Assembly (NCBI GenBank): GCA_028286585.1
Contig: JAQBRI010000009.1
Location: 28,010-92,009 of the forward strand
DNA length: 64,000 nt
Direction of reading: 5' to 3'
Source of the DNA: Candidatus Kaiserbacteria bacterium
Lineage (GTDB): Bacteria; Patescibacteriota; Minisyncoccia; Phycocordibacterales; UBA2100
Shown: positions 18,343-27,441 of the stretch, piece by piece
Layout: every line of letters begins with the position of its first letter
Position numbering within the stretch: position 1 is the first letter of the stretch
Notes under the pieces: model-generated
Databases searched by the model: none
The model's input: the letters and a program-made list of their open reading frames with translations, nothing else
Told to the model about the DNA's origin: nothing
Position numbers and translations under genes: made by a program

Positions 18343-19536
18343 TTATTTTGCCCGCTCAACACGAAGCCTGAGATCCGAGAGTGCATTCATGTACGCAATG
18401 TATGCGTCATATGGTGATTCATAGGGAGAAAAATATGCGTGCACATCGCCGTCATTCGCATATTTGGTACACATATAGTAAAAGTGATCCGACGTCTGCA
18501 TTCGGCGCCAATCTTCGAGGATGCGACCGTCGTTTGCCAAGAGTACACCATCTTCAAGTGCATACACCGCATCAATTGCCGCACGCTGTAGCGGATTTCC
18601 TGTCCACGCAGACAAATCGCGGTCGGTGTCTGCCCACGTCACGATGTCTGGCATATCGATTTCATCTTTTGTATCAAAACTGCGCGAAACTTCGGATGGA
18701 GTCATAAATGTAATTCCTGGATTTTTGGCAACCTCTTGCGGCAGTGCCTCCAAAAAGTGAAAGATGCCAGTGTCCTCCCACTGGTGCTCACCAAACGTCT
18801 CATAGTCCATAAACAAATTTACAGTGTCTCCCGGCGCTTCACCAAGCCAAGCACCAAATTTTTCACTCGTGAGCGGCCATTCAGCCCAGTCTTGTGATGA
18901 AAAACGAAATGCGACATCATCAGAAAGTTTATAATTTTTAAGCAGTAGCTTTATCCGATTTGCTCCGACCGGTTTATATACATAATTTGGACTGCGCCAT
19001 CCCAAAACTGGATCCCATCCTTCTGCAAGAATAGTTTCATACCCGTTCTTGTCGGCCCAATGTGCCAAATCATTGCGATATGACAGTTCAGTGTTACGAA
19101 ATGTTCGTGGCCATACGCCAAAAAGTCGGCGTACAAGCTCGCGGTGCTTTGCTACCTGACGCTCAAACTCGGGCTGTGAATAAAAGAAGGAGAGCGAATG
19201 GTAATATGTCTCGCCAAGTACTTCGACTTGTCCTGTATCAATGACGCGCTTAAACAAATCAAGCGCTTCAGGGACATATTGCTCCAGCTGCTCGAGCGCA
19301 ATGCCAGAAAAAGAAAATGACACGTGCATTTCCGGATGCCGCTGCAAGAGCTTGAGCAATAACGACGTCGCAGGAATGTATGATTTGCGGGCAACTTTTT
19401 CGACAATACGTCGATTGTTCAAATCGGTCTCACTTCGATCATTAAAATACTCAGTATCGTGCCCAATATCAAATACTCGGTACTTTTTTACACGATAGGG
19501 TTGGTGAACTTGAAAATAAAAACAAAGTGCCTTCAT
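18343..19536 (-). CDS. Glycoside hydrolase family 57 protein (alpha-glucan processing)
   Basis: N-terminal ALCFYFQVHQPYR (FHQP motif hallmark of GH57), about 397 aa. Confidence 0.7.
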   Translation of the reverse strand: MKALCFYFQVHQPYRVKKYRVFDIGHDTEYFNDRSETDLNNRRIVEKVARKSYIPATSLLLKLLQRHPEMHVSFSFSGIALEQLEQYVPEALDLFKRVIDTGQVEVLGETYYHSLSFFYSQPEFERQVAKHRELVRRLFGVWPRTFRNTELSYRNDLAHWADKNGYETILAEGWDPVLGWRSPNYVYKPVGANRIKLLLKNYKLSDDVAFRFSSQDWAEWPLTSEKFGAWLGEAPGDTVNLFMDYETFGEHQWEDTGIFHFLEALPQEVAKNPGITFMTPSEVSRSFDTKDEIDMPDIVTWADTDRDLSAWTGNPLQRAAIDAVYALEDGVLLANDGRILEDWRRMQTSDHFYYMCTKYANDGDVHAYFSPYESPYDAYIAYMNALSDLRLRVERAK

Positions 19537-19542
19537 GTCCGC

Positions 19543-20802
19543 TTATTGTACACCACTCTCACTTACTTCACGTATGATTCTATCCACATTTTGTGCCGCA
19601 CGATCCCATGTAATGCTTAATGCTTCGTTTTGTGCATAATCACTCAGCGTAGCGTGGAGCATCGGGTGCTCAATTACTGCCAAAATCTTGTTTGCCATCT
19701 CATCCGTGTCCCAAAAGTCTACTTTAAGTGCATGAAAGACGACTTCCGAGACGCCAGACTGCTTGGAAATAAGAACAGGGGTCCCCAATCGCATTGCCTC
19801 AAGCGGAGTGATTCCAAATGGCTCGGAAACAGATGGCATAACAAATAAATCGGCGACAGCGTATGCCATAGTCCGATCATCCCCTTGCAAAAAACCTGTA
19901 AACAGAACATTTTGCCCAATACCGAGCGCCGCAGACATTTCCATAACAGACCGATCCATATCACCCGAGCCAGAAATAACAAAAATAACCTTTTTGTTTT
20001 GCTGCAGTACTCGGGCAGCAGCCTTAAGAAAGTAGTCTGGGCCTTTTTGAAGCGTAATGCGTCCCAAAAACAGCACGATCGAATAGCCCGACGCCTTGAG
20101 TGCGCGCAAGCTTGCAATACCAGGTAGTGCCTTTGGCATTGTTGTTTCGTCGATTCCGTTATGTACAACCACTATTTTGTTTGGATCGATTCCGTAGTAT
20201 TTGACGATAATATCTTTGGTCAGTTGTGATACCGCTATTACCCTATCTGCTGTTTGCATACCGAGTTTCTCAAGTTCAAATACAACCGGGTTAACACCAT
20301 CAATACCACCACACCTGTCTACTTCTGTTGCATGCACGTGCGCAATGAGTGGACGCCCGGTAATACGTTTTGCCTCGATTCCTGCACCAAACGAAAGCCA
20401 ATCATGTGCATATATGACATCACATTCCTCAGATTTTGCGATTTCTCCCGCCTGCAATGAATAGCGCAATACTTGTCCCAACAAATCCTCACCATAGATA
20501 TTTGCATCAACGACAGTGCCGTTACTCAATGTTACCTTCCCCGATCGCGAGGTGTACGGAGTAATGGTCGAAGATATACCGATAGTCCTGATACTTTTGC
20601 CGCTTATTTCTTCTACTGAGTATTCGACACTGTCGGCAAAAAGTATTTTTGCAAAAGCAGATTCAACAGGCAGTTTTTTTGGCATGACAAACGTAACATC
20701 CATTCCTCGCGATGTAAGAGCCCGAGTCAGTCCCAAGCATGCGACGCCTAATCCTCCGCTATTAAACGGAGGAAATTCCCAGCCAAACATTAGTATGCGC
20801 AT
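19543..20802 (-). CDS. Glycosyltransferase (GT-B, glycogen/alpha-glucan synthase-like)
   Basis: Start at MRILMFGWEFPPFNSGGLGVACLGLTRAL, the KIAxVxxEyxPxxKTGGLGDV-type N-terminal motif of glycogen synthase-like GT-B enzymes. The ORF track's extra 13 codons are likely non-coding. Confidence 0.65.
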   Translation of the reverse strand: MRILMFGWEFPPFNSGGLGVACLGLTRALTSRGMDVTFVMPKKLPVESAFAKILFADSVEYSVEEISGKSIRTIGISSTITPYTSRSGKVTLSNGTVVDANIYGEDLLGQVLRYSLQAGEIAKSEECDVIYAHDWLSFGAGIEAKRITGRPLIAHVHATEVDRCGGIDGVNPVVFELEKLGMQTADRVIAVSQLTKDIIVKYYGIDPNKIVVVHNGIDETTMPKALPGIASLRALKASGYSIVLFLGRITLQKGPDYFLKAAARVLQQNKKVIFVISGSGDMDRSVMEMSAALGIGQNVLFTGFLQGDDRTMAYAVADLFVMPSVSEPFGITPLEAMRLGTPVLISKQSGVSEVVFHALKVDFWDTDEMANKILAVIEHPMLHATLSDYAQNEALSITWDRAAQNVDRIIREVSESGVQ

Positions 20803-20888
20803 AGTAGTAGTGATAGGTAATCCCCAACCCGATTTTACCATGTATCTGCATCGCGCTGTCTATCCTATCCACTCTTTTCAGACTATTA

Positions 20889-21389
20889 TTATCGAGTGAC
20901 GCAAATCGGCGTCGGACTAGCCGAAACAGCAGTCTCACTCGCCGCTCCAGGCGCACAAACAGTAACTCGACCATTTGTGTCTACAGAAACCGTATAGCCC
21001 GTGCTTGGTGTAGTAGGCGCCGACGGATCGACTGGCAGCGTTGGAATGTATGTTGGTACCAAACAGTTGGTAGCAAGATCGGTATGTCCTGAAACTGTTG
21101 TTCCACCCGCATCTATGACAGATGCTGTGGCTCCAAGCGCTGGACATCCTCCAGTTGAAGCAAAAATACCTTTATTATCTGCTATTCGCTGCCCAATCGC
21201 GTTCAAAATTGCATTTACACTACTGGTTCTGTCTGTATTACGAGCCTGTGCAAATTGTCGCGCCGGATTAATCGCAATAATTACTATTGTTGCCAATATC
21301 GCAATGATGCCAATAACAACTAAAATTTCTATTAAAGTAAAACCACTCTGCGCTTGCGCGCTTTTAAACCGTTTTGTAACGGACCCCAT
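20889..21389 (-). CDS. Type IV pilin (prepilin with class-III signal; candidate major pilin)
   Basis: KRFKSAQAQSGFTLIEILVVIGIIAILATIVI is a prepilin leader with G/FTLIE cleavage-methylation site; Cys pair near C-terminus. Confidence 0.8.
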   Translation of the reverse strand: MGSVTKRFKSAQAQSGFTLIEILVVIGIIAILATIVIIAINPARQFAQARNTDRTSSVNAILNAIGQRIADNKGIFASTGGCPALGATASVIDAGGTTVSGHTDLATNCLVPTYIPTLPVDPSAPTTPSTGYTVSVDTNGRVTVCAPGAASETAVSASPTPICVTR

Positions 21390-21473
21390 ATTTTTATATC
21401 GTTACTAATAATATCTATAGTGTAGCAGTCGCTTCAAAATATTTGTGAGGTGACTTACACATGTGTTAATAAC

Positions 21474-21515
21474 TTATAAACAAAAGCCCACTAGAGCGAG
21501 CTTTCGCCATAGTGG
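21474..21515 (-). terminator. Rho-independent terminator downstream of the 21527-22015 gene (minus strand)
   Basis: CCCACTA...TAGTGGG stem with inner GCGA/TCGC pairing; on the minus strand followed by TTTTGTTTAT. Confidence 0.5.
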
Positions 21516-21526
21516 GTAAATCAAAT

Positions 21527-22015
21527 CTATAAAATGTGAGTCCATAATTCCTCGGATTCGTCGTTACTTACAACACGCTTGAGCAGCGTCGGTTTTTTAC
21601 CGTCGAGACATGCACGAAACACATCATCTCCCGATTTGAACCGTATCTCGGCCGGATCCAAATTAACCTTCTCGACATAGTGCAAACTGAGGCAAATTTT
21701 CCTTCCATCATCGACCGCAAGCACAACGCCCGTACCGTTGGCCTCGACTGAAACTTTAAATCGAGTGGCGACGTACGAAAGCAGCGCAAAACCCATCGAG
21801 TAATCATTCGTTTTTCGCAAACCCAGAATCGTCATTCCCATGTTTGCAATCGTGCGCGATGGAAAGTCGGTCAGCGGACAAAAAGGAGCGACTTCATCCT
21901 TTTCGATAACAGCCTGATCAACTATTCTGCATACGTACACGCCGCCACTATAGTACGTATAATTGGTGCAATCCTTGCATGCAGATACAAGTCCGACAAT
22001 CTTTGGCGTCGACAT
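21527..22015 (-). CDS. Cys-rich cytoplasmic hypothetical protein embedded in pilus locus
   Basis: 162 aa, N-terminal CKDC..C.....C-like cysteine cluster (SACKDCTNYTYYSGGVYVC), no TM; own terminator. Confidence 0.4.
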   Translation of the reverse strand: MSTPKIVGLVSACKDCTNYTYYSGGVYVCRIVDQAVIEKDEVAPFCPLTDFPSRTIANMGMTILGLRKTNDYSMGFALLSYVATRFKVSVEANGTGVVLAVDDGRKICLSLHYVEKVNLDPAEIRFKSGDDVFRACLDGKKPTLLKRVVSNDESEELWTHIL

Positions 22016-22126
22016 AATGGTATCTCTCTGTTGGCCCTACCAGACACGAATGTGGGCTAGTAACACATGTCCTACCGAGACAGTACACAACCAGTACCAA
22101 ATAGTCAACGATTATATGTCTTTGGT

Positions 22127-22525
22127 TTAAAATGCCGCAGTGTTCAGAATTTGCATATGCAGGGTAAGCGTCACGTAAGATTTTCTATGACTAATTGCAT
22201 TTCCCTCTTTTGCCATAGTGATAATAATAATCTTGTTACCCTCGTGAACAATTGAAACGATGGTACAGGCGTGATTACTGTTTAGAATTACATTTTGATT
22301 ATGTACTGTATATGTTGATGGGTCTGCTGCTGTTGCGATGATTCTTAGTGCAATATCTATGCATCCTTGTGATTCCATTTGTGCATCACGATACTGTTCA
22401 CTTGTCAGTACATCGGCCCTGGCAAACCAGCCTGAAAATCCCACGGTAACCATAAGCGTAAGCAATATCGCACTGATAATTAGAACTGATATGAGTGCAA
22501 TAAAACCTCTATTTTCTTTTTTCAT
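22127..22525 (-). CDS. Pilus minor pilin/PilX-like protein (N-terminal hydrophobic anchor)
   Basis: MKKENRGFIALISVLIISAILLTLMV: PilX/GspK-like N-terminus lacking the canonical Glu5; position within the pilin operon. Confidence 0.5.
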   Translation of the reverse strand: MKKENRGFIALISVLIISAILLTLMVTVGFSGWFARADVLTSEQYRDAQMESQGCIDIALRIIATAADPSTYTVHNQNVILNSNHACTIVSIVHEGNKIIIITMAKEGNAISHRKSYVTLTLHMQILNTAAF

Positions 22526-22526
22526 A

Positions 22527-23009
22527 TTATTGATTCAATATGGAATGAAGATAAAATAATCGAGATACCATATGTCCATCACTAGTGGTCGCACTGGCGA
22601 CAAACTCTCCATCGAGGACGTCGAACGATTCATCTGAATTTGAAATTTTTGCATGCGTAAATGTAAGATCTTGCACAGAGATAGTGTCTGCATTAAGAAT
22701 GTGTGGATCATTACCGCCATCGATGATCAGATTTCCACCGGTACTATATATATTTGTTTCCGTTCCGGCGTCATCAACAACATTCAATGAAGCGCCCTGT
22801 GTCTGGGGAGCCGAAATAATTGATGATGATTGTACGATATAGGTTATTTTTGAAACAATAAAATCGCCTTCTTCCACTAAAAGAGCGATACTCTGATTGC
22901 GTACTTGTGATTCAAATAGTGAATAGAGCGCAACAATTACACCTCCCATAAGTATCGAATAAAGTGCTAAATACATAACAACTTCTATCAAGGTAAATCC
23001 CCGCCTCAT
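22527..23009 (-). CDS. Prepilin-type N-terminal cleavage/methylation domain protein (minor pilin)
   Basis: MRRGFTLIEVVMYLALYSILMGGVIV: class-III signal peptide with G/FTLIE. Confidence 0.75.
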   Translation of the reverse strand: MRRGFTLIEVVMYLALYSILMGGVIVALYSLFESQVRNQSIALLVEEGDFIVSKITYIVQSSSIISAPQTQGASLNVVDDAGTETNIYSTGGNLIIDGGNDPHILNADTISVQDLTFTHAKISNSDESFDVLDGEFVASATTSDGHMVSRLFYLHSILNQ

Positions 23010-24526
23010 AATCCGGCATGTATATCGCTGATAAATCCCCCACTTGCACTCGATCCGACATAGAGCGTGTTTTGTTCACAATCAATAGCGCGACCGTTTC
23101 CAGGTAAAGCGATGGTAGCAACACGATGTGGAGCGATTTGTAGTAAATCACTATCCACTTGTAACGATTGTCCCGTAGTGGTAAGTAAAAAAGCGTATTG
23201 TGGACGAACGATCATACCGATAATACTGCTGCTTGCTGTGGCAGTTGATATAACCATTGGCGTGCTGCGATCAATGGTGTTAAGAGTGTACAAATCCGGT
23301 GCTCCTGCAGCAAAAGTGAGTCCAAGGTATGTGGTAGTTCCAATTACGTTCACGCTGCTGCCGTTTCCCCAACCCTTGTTGTCATACACATTGTACTGAC
23401 TCACAAGCGTAGGATTAGTTGGATCATTAACATCAAGAATCAACAATTCGTGCGTCGAACTGTCTGTTGCTATATAGGCATAGCCGCGGCGTACATCAAT
23501 GTCACTTACTCCGGCACCGACAACATATCCACCCACCCATCTTGGATGCAGCGGATCGTGCACGTCTATAATATTAAACTCGGGACCGCCTGCAGATTTT
23601 GTAAGACCGAGATACACATAGCCACCAATCAAAATAATAGTTTTTCCAACTGCCTGGCCGCCGCTACCGTTGAGAAATGGAGTGCTACTGGTAGGTATTG
23701 TGAAATTGGCTACCACTGTAGGATTTACGGGATTTGTAATTGCTAGTACCTGCAACTGGGCGCAGCTGGCTGACGTATGACATGTTTTAAAGTTTGCCGC
23801 GTGACCATTCGCTGCAAACACATACGAACCATTTGAGGCGATATTTTCGAGTCCATCAATACTGGAAGAATTTGTGTCAATTCCGCCTTTGTAAATCCAA
23901 TTATTTGGATCTTGCACGTCAACGACAAAGAATGAATCGTTAAGCTTGTTGCTAGTCGTTCCTACCGCGATAGACATGATGCCTCGATAGACATCCACAC
24001 TGGTTACTGGATTCGATGTTGAATACGTATGTCCCGCCGGTTGCGTTGGGGGCAGCAGGTCACCAATACTTATTTTATGATTATTAATGCTTGCATGTGC
24101 CCAGTTTCCGCCAAGCGCTCCACAAGTATCATATGACAGAGCATTCATGTAGTCGGTAAGGGCAGATACCATGGTAACTGTCTGCAAAGCCCCACCACGA
24201 TCACTCCACGACACCTTTGTGGTCGCCAAGCGCACTGCGTATGGATCATACGATGAATCTCCAATTGTAAGAGTAGAGGTAAATACTCCATCGGAGGATG
24301 TTGCGAGATTAGCAAGAGATCTTTCATCTGCATGCGCAGCAACTTGTGCATTTTCAAGCATTGTTTCAGCGTGCACAATAGCTTGGTTGTGCATAGTACC
24401 TGATAACAGTATCGATTGTCCTTCGTACGATATCAAAGCCATTGAACCTACCGTGCATGAAATTATTGCAAGCGCTATGACTATCTCGATTGTGGAAAAT
24501 GCCCTCGAATAGACTAGCGACTCCAT
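23006..24526 (-). CDS. Large pilin-like protein with LVIVD-type beta-propeller repeats (PilY1/tip-adhesin analog candidate)
   Basis: N-terminal FSTIEIVIALAIIS pseudopilin-like hydrophobic segment; repeated motifs YVYLG...FNIIDVHDPLHPRWVGGY, LLILDVNDPTNPTLVSQY, FFVVDVQDPNNW resemble LVIVD repeats. Confidence 0.5.
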   Translation of the reverse strand: MESLVYSRAFSTIEIVIALAIISCTVGSMALISYEGQSILLSGTMHNQAIVHAETMLENAQVAAHADERSLANLATSSDGVFTSTLTIGDSSYDPYAVRLATTKVSWSDRGGALQTVTMVSALTDYMNALSYDTCGALGGNWAHASINNHKISIGDLLPPTQPAGHTYSTSNPVTSVDVYRGIMSIAVGTTSNKLNDSFFVVDVQDPNNWIYKGGIDTNSSSIDGLENIASNGSYVFAANGHAANFKTCHTSASCAQLQVLAITNPVNPTVVANFTIPTSSTPFLNGSGGQAVGKTIILIGGYVYLGLTKSAGGPEFNIIDVHDPLHPRWVGGYVVGAGVSDIDVRRGYAYIATDSSTHELLILDVNDPTNPTLVSQYNVYDNKGWGNGSSVNVIGTTTYLGLTFAAGAPDLYTLNTIDRSTPMVISTATASSSIIGMIVRPQYAFLLTTTGQSLQVDSDLLQIAPHRVATIALPGNGRAIDCEQNTLYVGSSASGGFISDIHAGL

Positions 24527-24966
24527 AGTATTCGTCCAATGCTGCTAATTGTAATAGTAGCTGTCTTTCCAAATGAATCAGTAAGTAAAAAATTGCCCGA
24601 TGTTGCGACTGATCCGGAAAGAGAGGCGAATACCACTTCTGACAAACCTGTATATGTGGTGTGTTCACTCTTTTCAAAAGAAACCGAATATGATCCATCA
24701 CTATCTGCATATGAATTACCTTGAAAAACTACAATTTGATTTTGTGTGACGGCTACGCCATGAGCAGGAGAAATGTCGCAAGCACCGCTACAGACTCCCT
24801 GCATTGAAAGAGCACGCGCATGTTCGAAAAGAGTCACAAGCCTTTCCCTATCAGAGCGCAATTCTACACTTCGATATTCTCCAATGGAGGCTGCTATTGT
24901 TAGCCCGCCAATGATGAGTAACAAGGCTATTACAATAATAATTTCAATGATAGAAAAACCCCGCAT
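24514..24966 (-). CDS. Prepilin-type N-terminal cleavage/methylation domain protein (minor pilin)
   Basis: MRGFSIIEIIIVIALLLIIGGLTIA class-III signal. Confidence 0.75.
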   Translation of the reverse strand: MRGFSIIEIIIVIALLLIIGGLTIAASIGEYRSVELRSDRERLVTLFEHARALSMQGVCSGACDISPAHGVAVTQNQIVVFQGNSYADSDGSYSVSFEKSEHTTYTGLSEVVFASLSGSVATSGNFLLTDSFGKTATITISSIGRILWSR

Positions 24967-24967
24967 A

Positions 24968-26035
24968 TTAATGATTGCTAATGCTTTGTGTCAGCTGATA
25001 AATGGGAGTAATTATCGAAAGTGCAATAAACTCGACAATACTTCCCATCACAAGCATGAGGAGCGGCTCGATAAGCGTAGTAAGATTTTTGGTCATCTCT
25101 TTTACTTCTTGTTCATAATTTTCTGATATGTAACCAAAACTTTCTTGGAGTCGCCCTGTCATTTCACCAGAATGGATAATATGTACAAACATTGATGGGA
25201 ACAACCGAGGATGATGCGAAAGAGCATCTGCAACAGTGCTGCCCTCTTCTACACCAACTGCGATGAATGAAATAACATGCCTATACTGTGCAGATCCTGT
25301 CGTCGTACTAATAAGTTTTAAAACAGCTGCAGCTTGTATGCCGCTTAATAATAATGCACTGCCAGTGCGCGCAATTAGAGATAATTCGTAGCTTTGTAAT
25401 AGACCACCAATTATTGGTACGCGAAAAAGTATCCGTTCAAACAAATGTCTAAAAAATGGGACTCTTATGCACATTCCAAATACAACTAAACAGACAACTG
25501 CACCAAAAATTGCAATGTACCAATCGTGGATCAAAAAATCTGATACTCCTATTAAAATGCGGGTGGAAAGCGGCAATACGGTGTGAACACTTTTAAATAT
25601 CGGTGTAAGTTTTGGGAAAAGATAGACTGCCAAAAATAGGGATATGCACATCGTTGCGAGAATAATGATGATTGGATAGATAAGTGCGGCAATTACAGTA
25701 TTACGTAATTCTGCACGTTTTTTAAGCTCATCGGACACATATATAAGCGACTGATGCAGCGAACCTGACTCCTCTCCTATCTTCACCAGATTGATCGTCA
25801 GTGGAATAAATACTTTTGGAAACTTTTGCAAAGCCTGGGAAAATCGTATGCCATGCTGCACTTCGTGGAGGAGTGTTGTAATAATATATTTTGTATTTTT
25901 TGAGCTCTCCGAAAAACCTATCATCTTTAAAACTTCTCCTAATGGAATTCCAGCACGTAACATCATTGCAATACGTTTAAAAAGTACAACTTGCTGCTTG
26001 TTAGACAAACGCAGCATGTATGGCTTATCATTCAT
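24968..26035 (-). CDS. pilC: Type IV pilus assembly platform protein PilC / GspF family
   Basis: 355 aa, three TM segments with two cytoplasmic GspF-type domains (LLxxGxPLxEAL-like: LRAGIPLGEVLK; SGIQAAAVLK). Confidence 0.8.
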   Translation of the reverse strand: MNDKPYMLRLSNKQQVVLFKRIAMMLRAGIPLGEVLKMIGFSESSKNTKYIITTLLHEVQHGIRFSQALQKFPKVFIPLTINLVKIGEESGSLHQSLIYVSDELKKRAELRNTVIAALIYPIIIILATMCISLFLAVYLFPKLTPIFKSVHTVLPLSTRILIGVSDFLIHDWYIAIFGAVVCLVVFGMCIRVPFFRHLFERILFRVPIIGGLLQSYELSLIARTGSALLLSGIQAAAVLKLISTTTGSAQYRHVISFIAVGVEEGSTVADALSHHPRLFPSMFVHIIHSGEMTGRLQESFGYISENYEQEVKEMTKNLTTLIEPLLMLVMGSIVEFIALSIITPIYQLTQSISNH

Positions 26036-27359
26036 GCGTAAGTCGAAGCGTTTCTTCGAGCGTGGTAATTCCCTGTCGTGCTTTGAGGAGTGCGTCAGTA
26101 ATCATAATTTCCATTCCTTGCTTACATGCTTGGATACGTATTTCATCAGCGCTCGCGCGCATAACAATGCGCTCCCGAATTACTTCATCGATCTGCAATA
26201 ATTCATATACGCCAATGCGCCCTCTGTATCCAGTTCCAATACATTCTCCACAGCCACGTCCCCGATAAAACTGGGGATTGGTGTGCAATAACGAAAGTGG
26301 AGTAAGTTTTGAGACTTGTAATAATTCTGAATCCGTCAATGCTATTTTTTCACGGCAACCAATACAAATTTTTCGTACCAGTCGCTGTCCTATGACGAGG
26401 GTAACTGTAGACGCAATCAAATATGGCTCTACGTCCATATCAAGAAGACGCACGATGGTTGCCGCCGCATCGTTCGTATGAATACTCGACAAGACAAGGT
26501 GCCCAGTGAGCGCAGTATTTACAGCAAGCCGTGCGGTCTCTGTATCACGCACTTCTCCAACCATTACAATATCCGGATCTTGCCGCACGACTGCACGGAG
26601 TCCAGTTCCAAAAGTGAAGCCAATGGCGGGATTTACTTGGATTTGCCGAACTCCATGTATTGAATATTCTATCGGATCTTCAAGTGTAATAATTGATACA
26701 TCAGGCGTATTCAGTTGTGAAATCAAGGTGTACAACGTTGTCGTTTTGCCCGAACCTGTAGGACCTGTCGCAAGTATCATGCCATGTGTACGAGCGAGTG
26801 CGCGCTGTATTATTTGCTGCTGCAGATTACTAAAACCCAATTCGGGAAGACCATTAGCATTATTCATATTAGTGAGTAATCGCAATACAGCATTTTCGCC
26901 ACAATAGGTGGGTGTAATCGATACTCGCACGTCTACAATTATCGGTAGGGTTGTAGATTGTTTTATGTGAATAATTTCAGAGCGAAATCGCCCATCATGC
27001 GGCATGTAATGCTCATCGATGCGCAAACCTGCCATAACCTTTATGCGCGATATCACTTCGGAGTGTAATCCGATTGGTATGGTGTAGACATCTTGCAGTA
27101 TTCCATCGATACGCATGCGCACCATGACTATTCCATCACGCGGATCAATATGTACGTCGGACACCTTTGCAAAATATCCGTGAGATATCAATGCATCAAT
27201 AATTTTGATTGCTGAATTACCTATAATTTTTGTTATGTCCACGGGTCCGCTCTCTCGCGTAGGAATTTGCGTCGTATCAAAACAAAAAACACCCTCGGTA
27301 GGTGTTTCAGACGTGCTTTTTGCACGCGTAACAAACGCATGGAGACCCCGAATATCCAT
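26028..27359 (-). CDS. pilB: Type IV pilus assembly ATPase PilB / GspE family
   Basis: Walker A GPTGSGKTT, Asp box, His box, and tetracysteine motif CIGCRE...CGECIGTGYRGR characteristic of GspE/PilB; overlaps pilC by 8 bp. Confidence 0.9.
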   Translation of the reverse strand: MDIRGLHAFVTRAKSTSETPTEGVFCFDTTQIPTRESGPVDITKIIGNSAIKIIDALISHGYFAKVSDVHIDPRDGIVMVRMRIDGILQDVYTIPIGLHSEVISRIKVMAGLRIDEHYMPHDGRFRSEIIHIKQSTTLPIIVDVRVSITPTYCGENAVLRLLTNMNNANGLPELGFSNLQQQIIQRALARTHGMILATGPTGSGKTTTLYTLISQLNTPDVSIITLEDPIEYSIHGVRQIQVNPAIGFTFGTGLRAVVRQDPDIVMVGEVRDTETARLAVNTALTGHLVLSSIHTNDAAATIVRLLDMDVEPYLIASTVTLVIGQRLVRKICIGCREKIALTDSELLQVSKLTPLSLLHTNPQFYRGRGCGECIGTGYRGRIGVYELLQIDEVIRERIVMRASADEIRIQACKQGMEIMITDALLKARQGITTLEETLRLTHE

Positions 27360-27441
27360 GGGTTAATTTTAGCTCACACTGACGACCCGTAAAGTTTTTC
27401 AAGTGGATAACTATTGATAACTATTACTAGATATTCAATCC

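Noticed and set aside
19719-20168. 149-aa plus other ORFs antisense to or nested in the glycosyltransferase gene (19630-20510 region)
   Set aside because: Nested in a gene with clear GT-B motifs, with Lys/Arg/Cys-rich unnatural composition.
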